This document shows, one piece after another, positions 8,644 through 18,734 of a stretch of 64,000 bases of DNA (positions are counted from its first letter, which is position 1; every line of letters starts with the position of its first letter). A program made the position numbers and the translations under genes. Source of the DNA: Bdellovibrionales bacterium (GTDB taxonomy: Bacteria > Bdellovibrionota > Bdellovibrionia > Bdellovibrionales > JAGQZY01); NCBI GenBank assembly GCA_020435205.1, contig JAGQZY010000001.1, forward strand, positions 58,229-122,228, written 5' to 3'. Below the pieces are notes generated by a model, which was given only the letters and a program-made list of their open reading frames with translations, searched no databases and was not told the DNA's origin.

Positions 8644-9663
8644 TTAACTAAGCTTGTCAAAAATCCTTTGGGCAATAAGCAACCCGTTGGCAGCCGCGCC
8701 TCGCTGGAGATTATCGGCGACCACCCACATCATCCATGTGTTCTCAAAGCCAGGATCCTTGCGGAGTCGACTGACAAACGCGTTGGTTTCCCCTTGCACT
8801 TCTCGGTAACTATGAAAACTCTTCTCTGAGTTGTGGGGGAGGTAGCTAATGAAGTCGCATGCCTGCAAAGCTTTCTCAATAGTGGCGCGGTCCACGTCCC
8901 TGTTGAGGGTCACCCAACAAGCCTCACCGTGGGCGTTCATAGTGGGCACTCTCACGGTGAAAGCAGAAATTTTTAGGCCAGGAAGATCCAAAATCTTCTT
9001 GGTTTCTTGCATGATTTTGATTTCTTCTGAACAAAATCCTTCGTCATTAAAAGAACCAATTTTAGGTTGGCAATCAAAAGCTATAGGTAAAATGAATGTT
9101 TTCCCAGGCTGCAAGTTTTCGCCCCTGAGGACCTGTTGACTTTGATTAACAAGATCCTCAATACCCTCTTTGCCAGCGCCGCTGACGGATTGATAACTGG
9201 CAACCCGAACTTCTTCGATGCCAAATTCTTTTAAAGCCTCAAGCGCCATGACCAATTGGATGGTGGAGCAATTGGGGTTGGCGATGATCTGGGGGGTGGT
9301 AGCCGAAGCGATGTGATGAAAATTAATTTCTGGTACAACCAAAGGTGTCGTGGGATTCATGCGATAGGCGGCTGAATTATCAATGGCAATGGCTCCGTCT
9401 TCGACAGCTTTTGGGGCCCATTCCTTACTAATATCATCCCCTGAAGAGAAAAAGACCACGTCAAGACCTTTGAAGCAGCCATTTTCTAAAACTTGGCATG
9501 CAAAGCTTTGATCCCTAAAATTGATGGAGCGACCTTTTGATTTTTCGCTGGCAAAAAGGCGAAGTTCAGTGAAGTTATATTCTGACTTTTCAAGAAGTTG
9601 AATAAAAGTCTCACCAACAAGGCCTGTGGCCCCAACAATTCCTACCGCGATTGAACGACTCAT
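8644..9663 (-). CDS. asd: Aspartate-semialdehyde dehydrogenase
   Basis: VGIVGATGLVGETF NAD-binding motif; active-site region IIANPNCSTIQLVMAL; 339 aa. Confidence 0.92.
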   Translation of the reverse strand: MSRSIAVGIVGATGLVGETFIQLLEKSEYNFTELRLFASEKSKGRSINFRDQSFACQVLENGCFKGLDVVFFSSGDDISKEWAPKAVEDGAIAIDNSAAYRMNPTTPLVVPEINFHHIASATTPQIIANPNCSTIQLVMALEALKEFGIEEVRVASYQSVSGAGKEGIEDLVNQSQQVLRGENLQPGKTFILPIAFDCQPKIGSFNDEGFCSEEIKIMQETKKILDLPGLKISAFTVRVPTMNAHGEACWVTLNRDVDRATIEKALQACDFISYLPHNSEKSFHSYREVQGETNAFVSRLRKDPGFENTWMMWVVADNLQRGAAANGLLIAQRIFDKLS

Positions 9664-10433
9664 TTATTTTTCCTCACTCTGGCTCTTCTCTTCTTTTGTG
9701 TTTTGTGAAACAAACCTAGGACAGCGCCTAGGATGGCATAGGCAAAGAAAAGTACAAATAACATAACTTCGGGCTCGGCAGCCACGATAAATAGGATAAG
9801 AACCCCTATGACTAGGTAGGTGAAAGGTTGTCTCCGTTTAAAGTTAAGATCTTTGAAGCTTTTATAACGAAAATTGCTCACCATGGTTAGGCCAAGCATA
9901 AAAGTCATAAATAGAAGCAACCAATTGTGACTCGCATCCAGCTCGAGCTTGGTAAAACAAAGGACGGAACTGGCAACAATACCTGCCGCCATAGGGATCG
10001 GCAGTCCTTGGAAGTGGCTACTTTCATCAGCGGATTGCACATTAAAGCGCGCCAGACGTAAAGCTCCGCAGGCGACGAAAACGAAGCTAGCCAGCCAGCC
10101 CACCCGACCAAAAGGTTGTAGGGCCCAAAGGTACATGATGAGGGCCGGTGCCATACCAAAACTGATCAGGTCACAAAGAGAGTCATACTCGGCGCCAAAG
10201 TGACTAGAGGTGCGAGTCAATCTGGCCACCCGCCCATCGAGTAGATCAAAAACGGCGGCAGCGACGATAGCGTAAGAGCCAACAAGATATTCACCACGAA
10301 TGGCAAGGATAATAGCCATAAAGCCAAAAAACATATTCGTTGTCGTTAACAGATTCGGAAGAAGATAAATGTTAGAGCCTGGCGGTGGCTTTTTAGGAGC
10401 ACCGTTTTGGCGAGAAAAGTTTGTTTCGCTCAC
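9660..10433 (-). CDS. pssA: CDP-diacylglycerol--serine O-phosphatidyltransferase (CDP-alcohol phosphatidyltransferase family)
   Basis: Motif DLLDGRVARLTRTSSHFGAEYDSLCDLI (DGx2ARx8Gx3Dx3D); polytopic membrane protein. Confidence 0.8.
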   Translation of the reverse strand: MSETNFSRQNGAPKKPPPGSNIYLLPNLLTTTNMFFGFMAIILAIRGEYLVGSYAIVAAAVFDLLDGRVARLTRTSSHFGAEYDSLCDLISFGMAPALIMYLWALQPFGRVGWLASFVFVACGALRLARFNVQSADESSHFQGLPIPMAAGIVASSVLCFTKLELDASHNWLLLFMTFMLGLTMVSNFRYKSFKDLNFKRRQPFTYLVIGVLILFIVAAEPEVMLFVLFFAYAILGAVLGLFHKTQKKRRARVRKNK

Positions 10434-11083
10434 ACTAAGCCTCCAAAAAGAAAAAAGAGGCCCGACAACAAAATGGCACTTAAGACAGGCTGAGTGAGAT
10501 TGTCATCCAGTCCCCAAATCGGAACCAGTTCAGCAATGGCTCCAATGAGACCGGCGAGGAAAGTCACAACCAAAATATGATCCAACATAATCCCATGGCT
10601 TTGAAAATAAAAATAGGCCGCTACTGAACAAAATAAAAAAGCCGCTACTGAACCTTGCAAGCTCTTGTTTCCAATTAATTTATCATGTCCAAAAAGAAGG
10701 CCAAACAAACTTGCCGTGGGGTCGCCAACAGCGAGAAAGAGGACTGCCAGTGCAACAATTGGAGTTGGAAATAAAAAGAAAATGATTCCGCAGCCAACCA
10801 CAAGGTGAGTTGTTCCCGATAAGCGAAAGGCCTCTCTTTTGCGAAGAACTGGGTTGAAAACCTTAACCGCCCATCGGTTTACGGGTTTCGAATACTGTCG
10901 TCCAAAATCCAAAAGTAAAATGGAGCTGCCAAGGATGCCGTAAATCCAAAGACAAGTGGTGAAAGAAAATTGGTCGAGGAGAATAAACATGGCCATCACG
11001 CCCGTGAAGTGGAATATCTTTCGAGTTAAATGCAAATCTTGCTGGCTTTTTAGGCGTAACATTTTGGCACCCAGTGTTAACAC
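10430..11083 (-). CDS. Polytopic membrane protein of the CTP-dependent dolichol/phytol/diacylglycerol kinase (cytidylyltransferase-like) superfamily
   Basis: Multi-TM protein. The motif GNKSLQGSVAAFLFC resembles the KS(L/W)EGS motif of the family. A 4-nt overlap links it to pssA. Confidence 0.5.
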   Translation of the reverse strand: MLTLGAKMLRLKSQQDLHLTRKIFHFTGVMAMFILLDQFSFTTCLWIYGILGSSILLLDFGRQYSKPVNRWAVKVFNPVLRKREAFRLSGTTHLVVGCGIIFFLFPTPIVALAVLFLAVGDPTASLFGLLFGHDKLIGNKSLQGSVAAFLFCSVAAYFYFQSHGIMLDHILVVTFLAGLIGAIAELVPIWGLDDNLTQPVLSAILLSGLFFLFGGLV

Positions 11084-11098
11084 GAATCAATGATCGAA

Positions 11099-11581
11099 TC
11101 AAAGCGCTTTCGTTTCTGAGGGGTTATCGCCTTTTTCTCTTGTGATTTCAACACTATGTTTTTTGCCATCCAAGTCCATGGAAAGGATATTTTTACCATG
11201 GCTGAGGGATACAAAATCGCTGGTCCAGCCTCCGGTGGGCATGGGGAAAATGTCCCCTTGGTTGTTATTGGTTTGGTTTTTGAAAGAACCCACCTTCTTG
11301 CAATTCTCAATCACAAAGCGGGTGGTGGATGCTTGGGTGAGCAGGTGTCGTTTGACATCCAGTTGCTTACAATCAATTTTCACCACAGGTGCCAACTTTT
11401 CTTTGGCAGGTTCAATTTCCTCTTCGACGGAAGCCAGCTTTCTTTGGAAAGGAATCTCTATTCCAGTTCCCATCTGATAGACAATGAAAAGACCATTGCT
11501 GGCTCCCAAAAAACCAATAAGAATGATGGTCCAAAAAGAAATTCGAAAGAAGGCTTTCTTCTCTACAGATGGCTTTCCCAT
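11099..11581 (-). CDS. Hypothetical membrane-anchored protein (160 aa)
   Basis: N-terminal TM helix FFRISFWTIILIGFLGASNGLFIV. No family recognised. Confidence 0.45.
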   Translation of the reverse strand: MGKPSVEKKAFFRISFWTIILIGFLGASNGLFIVYQMGTGIEIPFQRKLASVEEEIEPAKEKLAPVVKIDCKQLDVKRHLLTQASTTRFVIENCKKVGSFKNQTNNNQGDIFPMPTGGWTSDFVSLSHGKNILSMDLDGKKHSVEITREKGDNPSETKAL

Positions 11582-11826
11582 TGGGAAGTTATCGGAAGAC
11601 TAGGCCGGGTCGTTTAATGCCACGAGCTTTGCTGTTTTAATTCGAAACAATGAAATAAAAATAAAAGCGGACTGACTGGTCGATTTTGAGAAGTGATGTT
11701 TTGCTAATTTTTTTTAGAAACCAAAGCACCAAAATAGATTGTTGATAGTTTTAAAATTGGGATTAGCACTTCTTCCCCAGGGCTTAGTCTTTATTTTGCC
11801 AGACTTTTGTCTGGTAAAACAAATGA

Positions 11827-12492
11827 CTAAGACCAACACCAGAGGAACTCCCACCAACTGCACTTGGGCTTACCAACAATGGATTCCGCCACTTTCGATG
11901 GGTTGGTGATATTCGACATGCTATTAAGAATTCGGTAAGACTTTAAGCTATCAGAAAACTCAATGTCCTCATCGCGGATGCGAGTGATGAGCTTTTTGTA
12001 TCCGGCGCTCTCGTCTTTATCGATCAGGGGTTTAATTTCAGCCATCATGTTGTTCAAAATATAAATGTATGTATTTTGATCTCTAAGGAGGGAGGTGTCT
12101 TTCCCGTCTTGGTCGAGGGTTTTAACCCCTTGATCAGCAATCTCTTCTAGGAAACCAAGAATGCCTCCATACTGAGCGGCTACGGCTTCGATATTGGTAT
12201 AGACTGTAGAAGTGGCGTAGTTTTGCTCGGGCTTGGCAAAAACCAGTTCAAGGGACTCGCGAATCATACGGTGGCCATCATCACGGGTGTACTCAACTTC
12301 CCCTTCTTTTTCAAAATCGCCGTCGAGAGGATCCTCCTGCCCTGTGTTCAGAGCTCTTTGGGCTGCATTGAGATTATTGGCGACGATCCGTTGTAGCGTT
12401 TCGATATCCATGACCTTCAGTCGGTCCGATGGGTACTTTAAACTTGCCATACAGAGTGTTGGGGCTAGGATTATCCAGGCGAGTAGTTTCAT
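11827..12492 (-). CDS. Hypothetical secreted protein (221 aa)
   Basis: ATG 12492 is preceded by AGGAGA at a 6-nt spacing. Signal peptide MKLLAWIILAPTLCMA. Trp/Cys-rich C-terminus KPKCSWWEFLWCWS. Confidence 0.5.
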   Translation of the reverse strand: MKLLAWIILAPTLCMASLKYPSDRLKVMDIETLQRIVANNLNAAQRALNTGQEDPLDGDFEKEGEVEYTRDDGHRMIRESLELVFAKPEQNYATSTVYTNIEAVAAQYGGILGFLEEIADQGVKTLDQDGKDTSLLRDQNTYIYILNNMMAEIKPLIDKDESAGYKKLITRIRDEDIEFSDSLKSYRILNSMSNITNPSKVAESIVGKPKCSWWEFLWCWS

Positions 12493-12630
12493 GACACATC
12501 TCCTCATGTTAGGATTATCTAAGGCTCAACCCACAACGTCATTTCGCTTAAGGCCATAAAACGATAGTTTTGTAATTAGCGAAAGCTGTGTAGAATATTG
12601 AGCTATCGAACTTTTTTAAGGGAGGACAGT

Positions 12631-13413
12631 TTGAAAACATTTGCGCGCGTTCTGGTTCTATTAGCCAGCATCGGACTACTAGCTTCATGCTCAGAGTTGG
12701 TAAAGAAAACCATTCAAAATAACCCGGATATTGTATTTGAGGCGATCAAAAAAGATCCTGCTGGATTCATGGAAGTGGTGCGAGACGCTGCCCAGGAAGC
12801 TCAGAAAAAGGAATTTGAAGATGCCGCTAAAAAAGAGCAGGAAGAAAGAGAAGCCGAGTTTAAAGACCCTAAAAAACCAGAAATTGCTTCTAATCGAGCG
12901 GTCTTGGGCTCTGGTGGCGCGCCTGTAACTATTGTTGAGTACTCTGATTTTCAGTGTCCTTTTTGCCGCAGAGGTTCTGATACTGTTGATAAGGTCCTCA
13001 AAGAGTACAGTGGTAAGGTTAAGCTTGTTTTTAAGCACCTTCCCTTAGAAGGGAAGCACCCCAATGCTCGCCGTGGATCTGAGTACTTTGAAGCCATTGC
13101 CTTGCAGGATGCCAATAAGGCCTACGAATTTAAAAAGATGGTTTTTGAAAATCAAAATGATACCTACGGTGATGCTGAAAAGCTCTATAAAGAGCTCGCT
13201 AAAAAAGCTGGCGTTGATATGGGTAAATTAACTAGCGACCTTCAAGGTAAGTCTAGCGACATCGCCAAGATCATCGATTCCGATGTGCAAGAAGCTAACA
13301 AATTTGGTTTCAATGGGACCCCTGGATACTTGATCAATGGTGTTTCTTTAAAGGGAGCCTATCCTTTTGAAGAGTTCAAAAAGATTATTGACCGTCATTT
13401 GGGTCAAAAATAA
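12631..13413 (+). CDS. DsbA-family thiol:disulfide oxidoreductase lipoprotein
   Basis: TTG 12631 follows GGGAGG. Lipobox LLASC. Thioredoxin-fold active site FQCPFC. The ORF-track start 12598 is an alternative. Confidence 0.8.
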   Translation: MKTFARVLVLLASIGLLASCSELVKKTIQNNPDIVFEAIKKDPAGFMEVVRDAAQEAQKKEFEDAAKKEQEEREAEFKDPKKPEIASNRAVLGSGGAPVTIVEYSDFQCPFCRRGSDTVDKVLKEYSGKVKLVFKHLPLEGKHPNARRGSEYFEAIALQDANKAYEFKKMVFENQNDTYGDAEKLYKELAKKAGVDMGKLTSDLQGKSSDIAKIIDSDVQEANKFGFNGTPGYLINGVSLKGAYPFEEFKKIIDRHLGQK

Positions 13414-13437
13414 GCTCCATCCTAAAAGATGGTTTGA

Positions 13438-13467
13438 TAAAAAGCGACCAAGTGGTCGCTTTTTTTA
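13438..13467. terminator. Bidirectional intrinsic terminator between the convergent dsbA-like gene and sfsA
   Basis: AGCGACC-aagt-GGTCGCT hairpin at 13443..13460, with an A5 run upstream and a T6 run downstream. Confidence 0.75.
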
Positions 13468-14202
13468 TAGATTTAATGGCAAGGGTCGATTGGTGAGGCG
13501 AATCTCTTGGGGGCTCATTTCACACACCAATGGGGTGACCTTTACACCATGACTGTGGGCTTTGCGTAAAAGCTTCCCATACTCGGGATCAATTTCATCT
13601 GCAGGAGCAAAGGCTTTACAGTCTTGCCTTTGCACGACGAAAACCATTTCACAGCTGTAACCCTCATCAACAAGATCCATGAGCTCCTGTAAATGCTTTT
13701 GCCCGCGTGTAGAAACCGCATCAGGGAAGAGAGCTTGGCTTTGCTTTTCTAGGGTTACGTTTTTTACTTCAATAAAGTGAAGTGGGGGAACAATGTTTTT
13801 GGCCGACCATTTTTCAATTTCATGAGCTTTACTATCCCAAAGCACCATGTCCATCCGAGATTGTTCGTTGATCTTTACCTCACCTTGCTGCCGATCAAAC
13901 TTCTGCCAATGTTTAAGGGGTTGGGTCTCGAAGAGCTCTCTGACTAACTTGTTGGGTAGTGCAGTGTTCACTCCCACCCAACTTTTAGGAGCTTTTACCA
14001 TTTGCAGTGTGTGCTTCAATTTTCGATTGGGATCGTCTGTTGATGAAAACAAAACCGGACTCTCTGGATCTTTGCATCCCATCATGCTGCCTGTATTTGG
14101 GCAGTGGGCGGTGAGAGTTTCCCCTTGATAATCGATATCAACAAAAAACCGCTTGTAGCGTTTGATGAAGCGGCCTTCTCTAAGTGGTTGGTCAAATTGC
14201 AT
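13465..14202 (-). CDS. sfsA: Sugar fermentation stimulation protein SfsA (DNA/RNA nuclease-fold family)
   Basis: MQFDQPLREGRFIKRYKRFFVDIDYQGETLTAHCPNTGSM, the typical SfsA N-terminus; 245 aa. Confidence 0.88.
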   Translation of the reverse strand: MQFDQPLREGRFIKRYKRFFVDIDYQGETLTAHCPNTGSMMGCKDPESPVLFSSTDDPNRKLKHTLQMVKAPKSWVGVNTALPNKLVRELFETQPLKHWQKFDRQQGEVKINEQSRMDMVLWDSKAHEIEKWSAKNIVPPLHFIEVKNVTLEKQSQALFPDAVSTRGQKHLQELMDLVDEGYSCEMVFVVQRQDCKAFAPADEIDPEYGKLLRKAHSHGVKVTPLVCEMSPQEIRLTNRPLPLNL

Positions 14203-14398
14203 GGAATCCCTTTCGTATTGTGATGGGGTTTATCGCAGTTCCACCCAGGTGACAAGGGGGTGAGCAGGGGGTGTTTTCCACATAAGTATCTAAAAATAAA
14301 AGGCTTTCTTACCACTGCTCAAGTCGGGTTCAAAAGGCCTTATATATAGACAAGACTCCAGCTTAGGTTTAAATAGTCACTAACCTTAAAGGAGAAAT

Positions 14399-15304
14399 AT
14401 GGCGGAGACTAAACCCCATAACCCTAAGCCCTCATGGTTGAAGGTGCGCGCCCCCATCGGTGAGAACTACCAGCAAATCAAAAGTATGCTGGGAAAGCTC
14501 AACTTGGCGACCGTTTGCCAAGAGGCTCGCTGTCCAAATATTGGTGAATGTTGGGCGGGTGGAACAGCCACTTTTATGTTGATGGGTGAAGTTTGCACTC
14601 GTGGTTGCCGCTTCTGTCATGTGAAAACCGGAAACCCGAAAGGTAAAATTGATAATCAAGAGCCGGAGAAGGTCGGGTGGTCTATTTCGCAAATGAACTT
14701 AGATTATGTGGTGATTACATCGGTCAATCGCGACGATATGCCCGATCAAGGTGCAGATCATTTTGGTCGAACTGTTGAAACTATAAAGAAACATAATCCA
14801 AAGCTGATCGTGGAGATTTTAACTCCCGATTTTAGTGGAATTCCTGAGCTGATCGATCGGGTTGTGGACTCTAAGCCTGATGTCTTTGCCCACAATGTGG
14901 AAACGGTAGAAAGACTTACGCCTTCGGTGCGTGACCCAAGGGCTGGATACCAGCAGTCTCTGGATGTTTTAGCGGAAGTTAAAAAGCGGGACTCGCAAAT
15001 GTATACGAAAAGCTCATTAATGCTTGGGCTTGGCGAGACGGATGAAGAGGTCCTACAAGCAATGAAAGATTTAAAAGCAGTGGGTTGTGACGTGATCACT
15101 TTTGGTCAATACTTGCAGCCCACACCAAGACATCTTAAGGTGATAGAGTACATCACACCGGATAAGTTTAAGCACTGGGAGCAAGTGGCGCAGGACATGG
15201 ATTTTCTATACTGTGCGAGCGGGCCCTTGGTGCGTAGCTCTTATAAAGCGGGTGAGTATTTCATGAAGGGCGTCATCGAAAAACGAAGACGCGGTAATGC
15301 ATAA
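14399..15304 (+). CDS. lipA: Lipoyl synthase (radical SAM)
   Basis: CEEARCPNIGEC-type cluster (CQEARCPNIGEC) plus the radical-SAM motif CTRGCRFC. SD AAGGAG is upstream. Confidence 0.95.
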   Translation: MAETKPHNPKPSWLKVRAPIGENYQQIKSMLGKLNLATVCQEARCPNIGECWAGGTATFMLMGEVCTRGCRFCHVKTGNPKGKIDNQEPEKVGWSISQMNLDYVVITSVNRDDMPDQGADHFGRTVETIKKHNPKLIVEILTPDFSGIPELIDRVVDSKPDVFAHNVETVERLTPSVRDPRAGYQQSLDVLAEVKKRDSQMYTKSSLMLGLGETDEEVLQAMKDLKAVGCDVITFGQYLQPTPRHLKVIEYITPDKFKHWEQVAQDMDFLYCASGPLVRSSYKAGEYFMKGVIEKRRRGNA

Positions 15305-15317
15305 TTAAGGAGAGGTT

Positions 15318-16598
15318 ATGGCAACAAAAAATATTGAACTTCCAGAAATTGGTGAGGGTGTTAACGAAGGGGAATTAGTCAGCTGGCTTGTACAACCTGG
15401 TGACACCGTTGAAGTGGATCAAGCCATCGCAGAGCTTATGACTGACAAAGCCACCGTTGAGGTTCCCTCTCCTATTGCAGGAACGGTCAAAGATTTAAAA
15501 TTTTCTGAAGGTGACACCATTGAAGTGGGCGCCACTATGATCACTGTGGAAGAGGGTGCTGGTGCAGCAACAAAAACGGCTCCTGCAAAAACAGAAACGA
15601 AAACCACAACAACAACGACCACGGCTTCAGCGCCCGCTCCCGCGGTAGCCAGTGCTGGCGGAATGTCGACCATCACACCCCCGCCGGCTGACGTCTCTGT
15701 TTTGGCAACGCCAAGCACGCGACGTTTGGCTCGCGAAATGAGCGTGGACATCAATCAAGTCAGTGGAACGGGTCTTGCGGGCCGAGTGACTCGTGATGAC
15801 GTTATGAAATATACAGGTGGTGCTGGCGCTACCGCCGCGGGGCCAGCCATGCCTGTCTCACAGCCCTATATGCCTCCGCAAAACTTCACCACCGGTGGGG
15901 AAGAGCGTGTGCCTTTGAAAGGGATTCGCAAAAAGATTGCTGAAAATATGCAAATGGCTAAACGTATTGTTCCTCACTTTACCTTGATGGATGAAGCGAA
16001 TGTGACGAAACTCATCGAACTTCGCAACGATTTGAAGCCTGCCGCCGAAAAAATGGGTGTGAAGGTGACTTATCTTCCTTTTGTGATGAAGGCTTTAATT
16101 GCTACCGTTCGTGAATTTCCAAAGTTTAACGGCATGATCGACGATGCGGCCCAAGAGATCGTTTTCAAAAAATATTTCAATATTGGTTTTGCGGCTGACA
16201 CTCCCAATGGTCTTTTGGTTCCTGTATTAAAAAATGCGGATCAAAAAACCATTTATCAGTTGAGTGCTGAAATTGTTGACCTCGCTACGCGTGCCCGTGA
16301 CGGCAAGCTTTCTTTGGATGAAATGAAGGGTGCCTGCTTTACGATCACTAACATTGGAAGTGTCGGTGGAACTTATGCCACTCCGATTATCAACCACCCC
16401 GAGGTGGCTATTTTTGGAATGTACAAAATCCAAGAACGCCCTGTGATTGTGAATGGTGAGCTCGATGTGGCCAGTTTCATGAATTTTACAGTGACCTGTG
16501 ATCATCGTTTGATTGATGGTGCTGAGGCGGCTCGCTTTCTTTCAGCATTCATAGAAAGAATTGAACATCCCGGCCGCTTAATGATGGATATGATTTAA
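15318..16598 (+). CDS. Dihydrolipoamide acyltransferase (E2) with one lipoyl domain, a Thr/Ala/Pro linker, a PSBD and a catalytic domain
   Basis: Lipoyl-Lys context ELMTDKATVEV; PSBD ATPSTRRLAREMSVDINQVSGTGLAGRVTRDDV; catalytic motif DHRLIDGAEAARF. Confidence 0.92.
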   Translation: MATKNIELPEIGEGVNEGELVSWLVQPGDTVEVDQAIAELMTDKATVEVPSPIAGTVKDLKFSEGDTIEVGATMITVEEGAGAATKTAPAKTETKTTTTTTTASAPAPAVASAGGMSTITPPPADVSVLATPSTRRLAREMSVDINQVSGTGLAGRVTRDDVMKYTGGAGATAAGPAMPVSQPYMPPQNFTTGGEERVPLKGIRKKIAENMQMAKRIVPHFTLMDEANVTKLIELRNDLKPAAEKMGVKVTYLPFVMKALIATVREFPKFNGMIDDAAQEIVFKKYFNIGFAADTPNGLLVPVLKNADQKTIYQLSAEIVDLATRARDGKLSLDEMKGACFTITNIGSVGGTYATPIINHPEVAIFGMYKIQERPVIVNGELDVASFMNFTVTCDHRLIDGAEAARFLSAFIERIEHPGRLMMDMI

Positions 16599-16614
16599 TT
16601 TTAAGGAGTCTTTT

Positions 16615-18033
16615 GTGAGTCAGTTTGACGTTTGTGTGATTGGAGCGGGACCTGGTGGCTATGTGGCAGCGATTCGTTGTGCACAGCTGGGTTTAAAGAC
16701 AGCTGTTGTTGAAAGAGAAAAGTTGGGTGGTGTTTGTTTAAATGTGGGTTGCATTCCCTCTAAGGCCATGATCTCAGCGGCCTCCATGCTTCATCGTATG
16801 CAACATGATGCCAGTGAAATGGGTTTGGAGTTTTCTGGTAACGTCAAAGTGAACATGCCAAAACTTAAAAGTTGGAAACAAAGTGTGTGTGACCGCATGT
16901 CGGGTGGGGTCGAGCAACTCTTAAAGGGCAATGGTGTTGATATTATTGCCGGTGAAGCTGAGTTTACTAGCCCCACGCAACTTAAAGTGAAAGGTTCTGA
17001 TTCTACCAAATCAATTGAAGCGAAAAACTTTATTGTGGCGACAGGCTCTCGTCCGATTGAGATTCCCGGCTTTGCCTATGATGAAAAGACGGTCCTTTCT
17101 TCCACGGGTGCATTGGACTTGGATAAAATGCCGAAGTCTGTGGTGGTCATTGGTGGCGGATACATCGGTCTTGAAATTGGCGGCTATCTGGCCAAGCTCG
17201 GTGCGGAAGTGGACGTGCTTGAAGCCAATGACGCCCTTTTGAAAGGTGTTGCTGAAAAAGACGTTGTGCAAGTGGTGGCAAAAAACCTTAAAAAACACGG
17301 GGTCAAAGTTCACCTTAAAGCCATGGCCAAAGAATACAAAAAATCGGGTAGTGGTGTTGAAGTCAAAGCTGAAGTGAATGGCGAGTCGAAAACTTTTAAG
17401 GCCGAAAAGATCTTGGTGACCGTTGGTCGCAAGCCTAATTCTGATCAAATGAACTTAAAAGGCATTGGCTTAAACATTGACGAGCGTGGATTTATTAAAA
17501 CCGATGCCCAACGTCGTACCAGTCATCCTAATATTTTTGCTATTGGTGATATTGCTTGCCAACCGATGCTGGCCCACAAAGCCAGTCATGAGGGCGTAAT
17601 GGTCGCAGAGATTATCGCTGGTCAGAATCGCGTTTATGACGCCAAAACAGTACCAGCGGTGATTTTTACCGATCCTGAAATCGCCTCTGCGGGGCTTCTA
17701 GAAAGCGAAGCTAAAGATCGTGGTTTTACTGATTTAAAAATTGCTAAATTTCCTTTTGCAGCTAATGGTAAGGCTGTTTCCCTTATGGAAACTGACGGCT
17801 TTGTAAAAATGATTGCGGATGCGAAAACCAATGTGGTTTTGGGAGTGCACATCGTTGGACCTGAGGCGAGCAACCTCATTTCTGAAGCGGCTCTTGCTAT
17901 CGAAATGGGCGCCACTCTTGAAGATATAGCACTCACGATCCATCCCCACCCCACCCTCGGTGAAACCATGATGGAAGCCGCGGAAGCGACCTTGGGCCAT
18001 GCGATTCACGTGATTCAAAAAACTCGAAAGTAA
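16615..18033 (+). CDS. lpdA: Dihydrolipoyl dehydrogenase (E3)
   Basis: GAGPGGYVAA; redox-active disulfide GGVCLNVGCIPSK; C-terminal HPHPTLGE. Confidence 0.95.
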   Translation: MSQFDVCVIGAGPGGYVAAIRCAQLGLKTAVVEREKLGGVCLNVGCIPSKAMISAASMLHRMQHDASEMGLEFSGNVKVNMPKLKSWKQSVCDRMSGGVEQLLKGNGVDIIAGEAEFTSPTQLKVKGSDSTKSIEAKNFIVATGSRPIEIPGFAYDEKTVLSSTGALDLDKMPKSVVVIGGGYIGLEIGGYLAKLGAEVDVLEANDALLKGVAEKDVVQVVAKNLKKHGVKVHLKAMAKEYKKSGSGVEVKAEVNGESKTFKAEKILVTVGRKPNSDQMNLKGIGLNIDERGFIKTDAQRRTSHPNIFAIGDIACQPMLAHKASHEGVMVAEIIAGQNRVYDAKTVPAVIFTDPEIASAGLLESEAKDRGFTDLKIAKFPFAANGKAVSLMETDGFVKMIADAKTNVVLGVHIVGPEASNLISEAALAIEMGATLEDIALTIHPHPTLGETMMEAAEATLGHAIHVIQKTRK

Positions 18034-18034
18034 A

Positions 18035-18706
18035 ATGCTACCAGAGATCGAAGATTGGGGCCTCATCAGTTATCAAGAGGCCTTTGAAAAGCAAAAGCAA
18101 TATGTGGAAGAAGTCTTAAATGGGGATCGTGCCGATACCCTTGTGTTTTGCCACCATCCTCCTGTAGTCACTCTAGGCCGCGGCACCAAACCCGAAGATG
18201 TGTTCGCCTGGCAAGGAGAAACAGTAGAGGTCAACCGCGGCGGCAGAGCCACTTATCATGGCCCCAACCAAGTGGTGATGTATCCCATCGTTGATCTTTC
18301 TGAAGAATCAAGATTAAAAAAGAAGTTAAAGCCCAAGGATCTTCACGAGTACATGCGCATCCTTGAAGAGGCAGCCATCATGACCATTAAGGATTATCAA
18401 GTGGATGCTGAAGGTCACAGCTTGCAAAAACAGGTCGGGGAGGACAAGGAAGCCGAAGCCACGGGTGTGTGGGTTGGTAACCGCAAAATGGCCTCGATTG
18501 GTATTGCCGTAAAAAAATGGGTGACCAGTCATGGGATTGCCATCAATCTTTTAAAAGATGAGCAGGCCTTTCAGGGCATCAATCCTTGTGGATTCAAAAC
18601 TGAAACTATGGTGAGTTTAAAAGAGCTTTCTGCCAAACGTCCCAAACGCGAAGAATTTCAAAAAGAGCTGGCGAGCAACTTCATCTATCTTATGTACCTT
18701 AAATAA
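18035..18706 (+). CDS. lipB: Octanoyltransferase LipB
   Basis: HPPVVTLGRG...VNRGGRATYHGPNQVVMYPI...KMASIGIAV...GINPCG (catalytic Cys context). It starts 1 nt after the lpdA stop. Confidence 0.88.
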   Translation: MLPEIEDWGLISYQEAFEKQKQYVEEVLNGDRADTLVFCHHPPVVTLGRGTKPEDVFAWQGETVEVNRGGRATYHGPNQVVMYPIVDLSEESRLKKKLKPKDLHEYMRILEEAAIMTIKDYQVDAEGHSLQKQVGEDKEAEATGVWVGNRKMASIGIAVKKWVTSHGIAINLLKDEQAFQGINPCGFKTETMVSLKELSAKRPKREEFQKELASNFIYLMYLK

Positions 18707-18734
18707 AAGTTAAAAAAAATAGAAGGAATTTAAG

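Noticed and set aside
15601-15624. ACC/ACA/ACG codon run (seven consecutive Thr) that looks like a microsatellite
   Set aside because: It sits in the flexible inter-domain linker of E2, where low-complexity Ala/Pro/Thr runs are normal. The codons are mixed, so it is not a perfect DNA repeat.
15419-15754. 111-aa antisense ORF inside the E2 gene (Ala/Val/Gly-rich)
   Set aside because: It is a shadow ORF opposite the Ala/Thr/Pro-rich E2 linker, a region of low stop-codon frequency. It has no SD and no recognisable fold.
17011-18066. Several 110-145-aa antisense ORFs within lpdA
   Set aside because: They lie opposite a highly conserved, confidently assigned gene. They have no SDs and their composition is typical of antisense frames.
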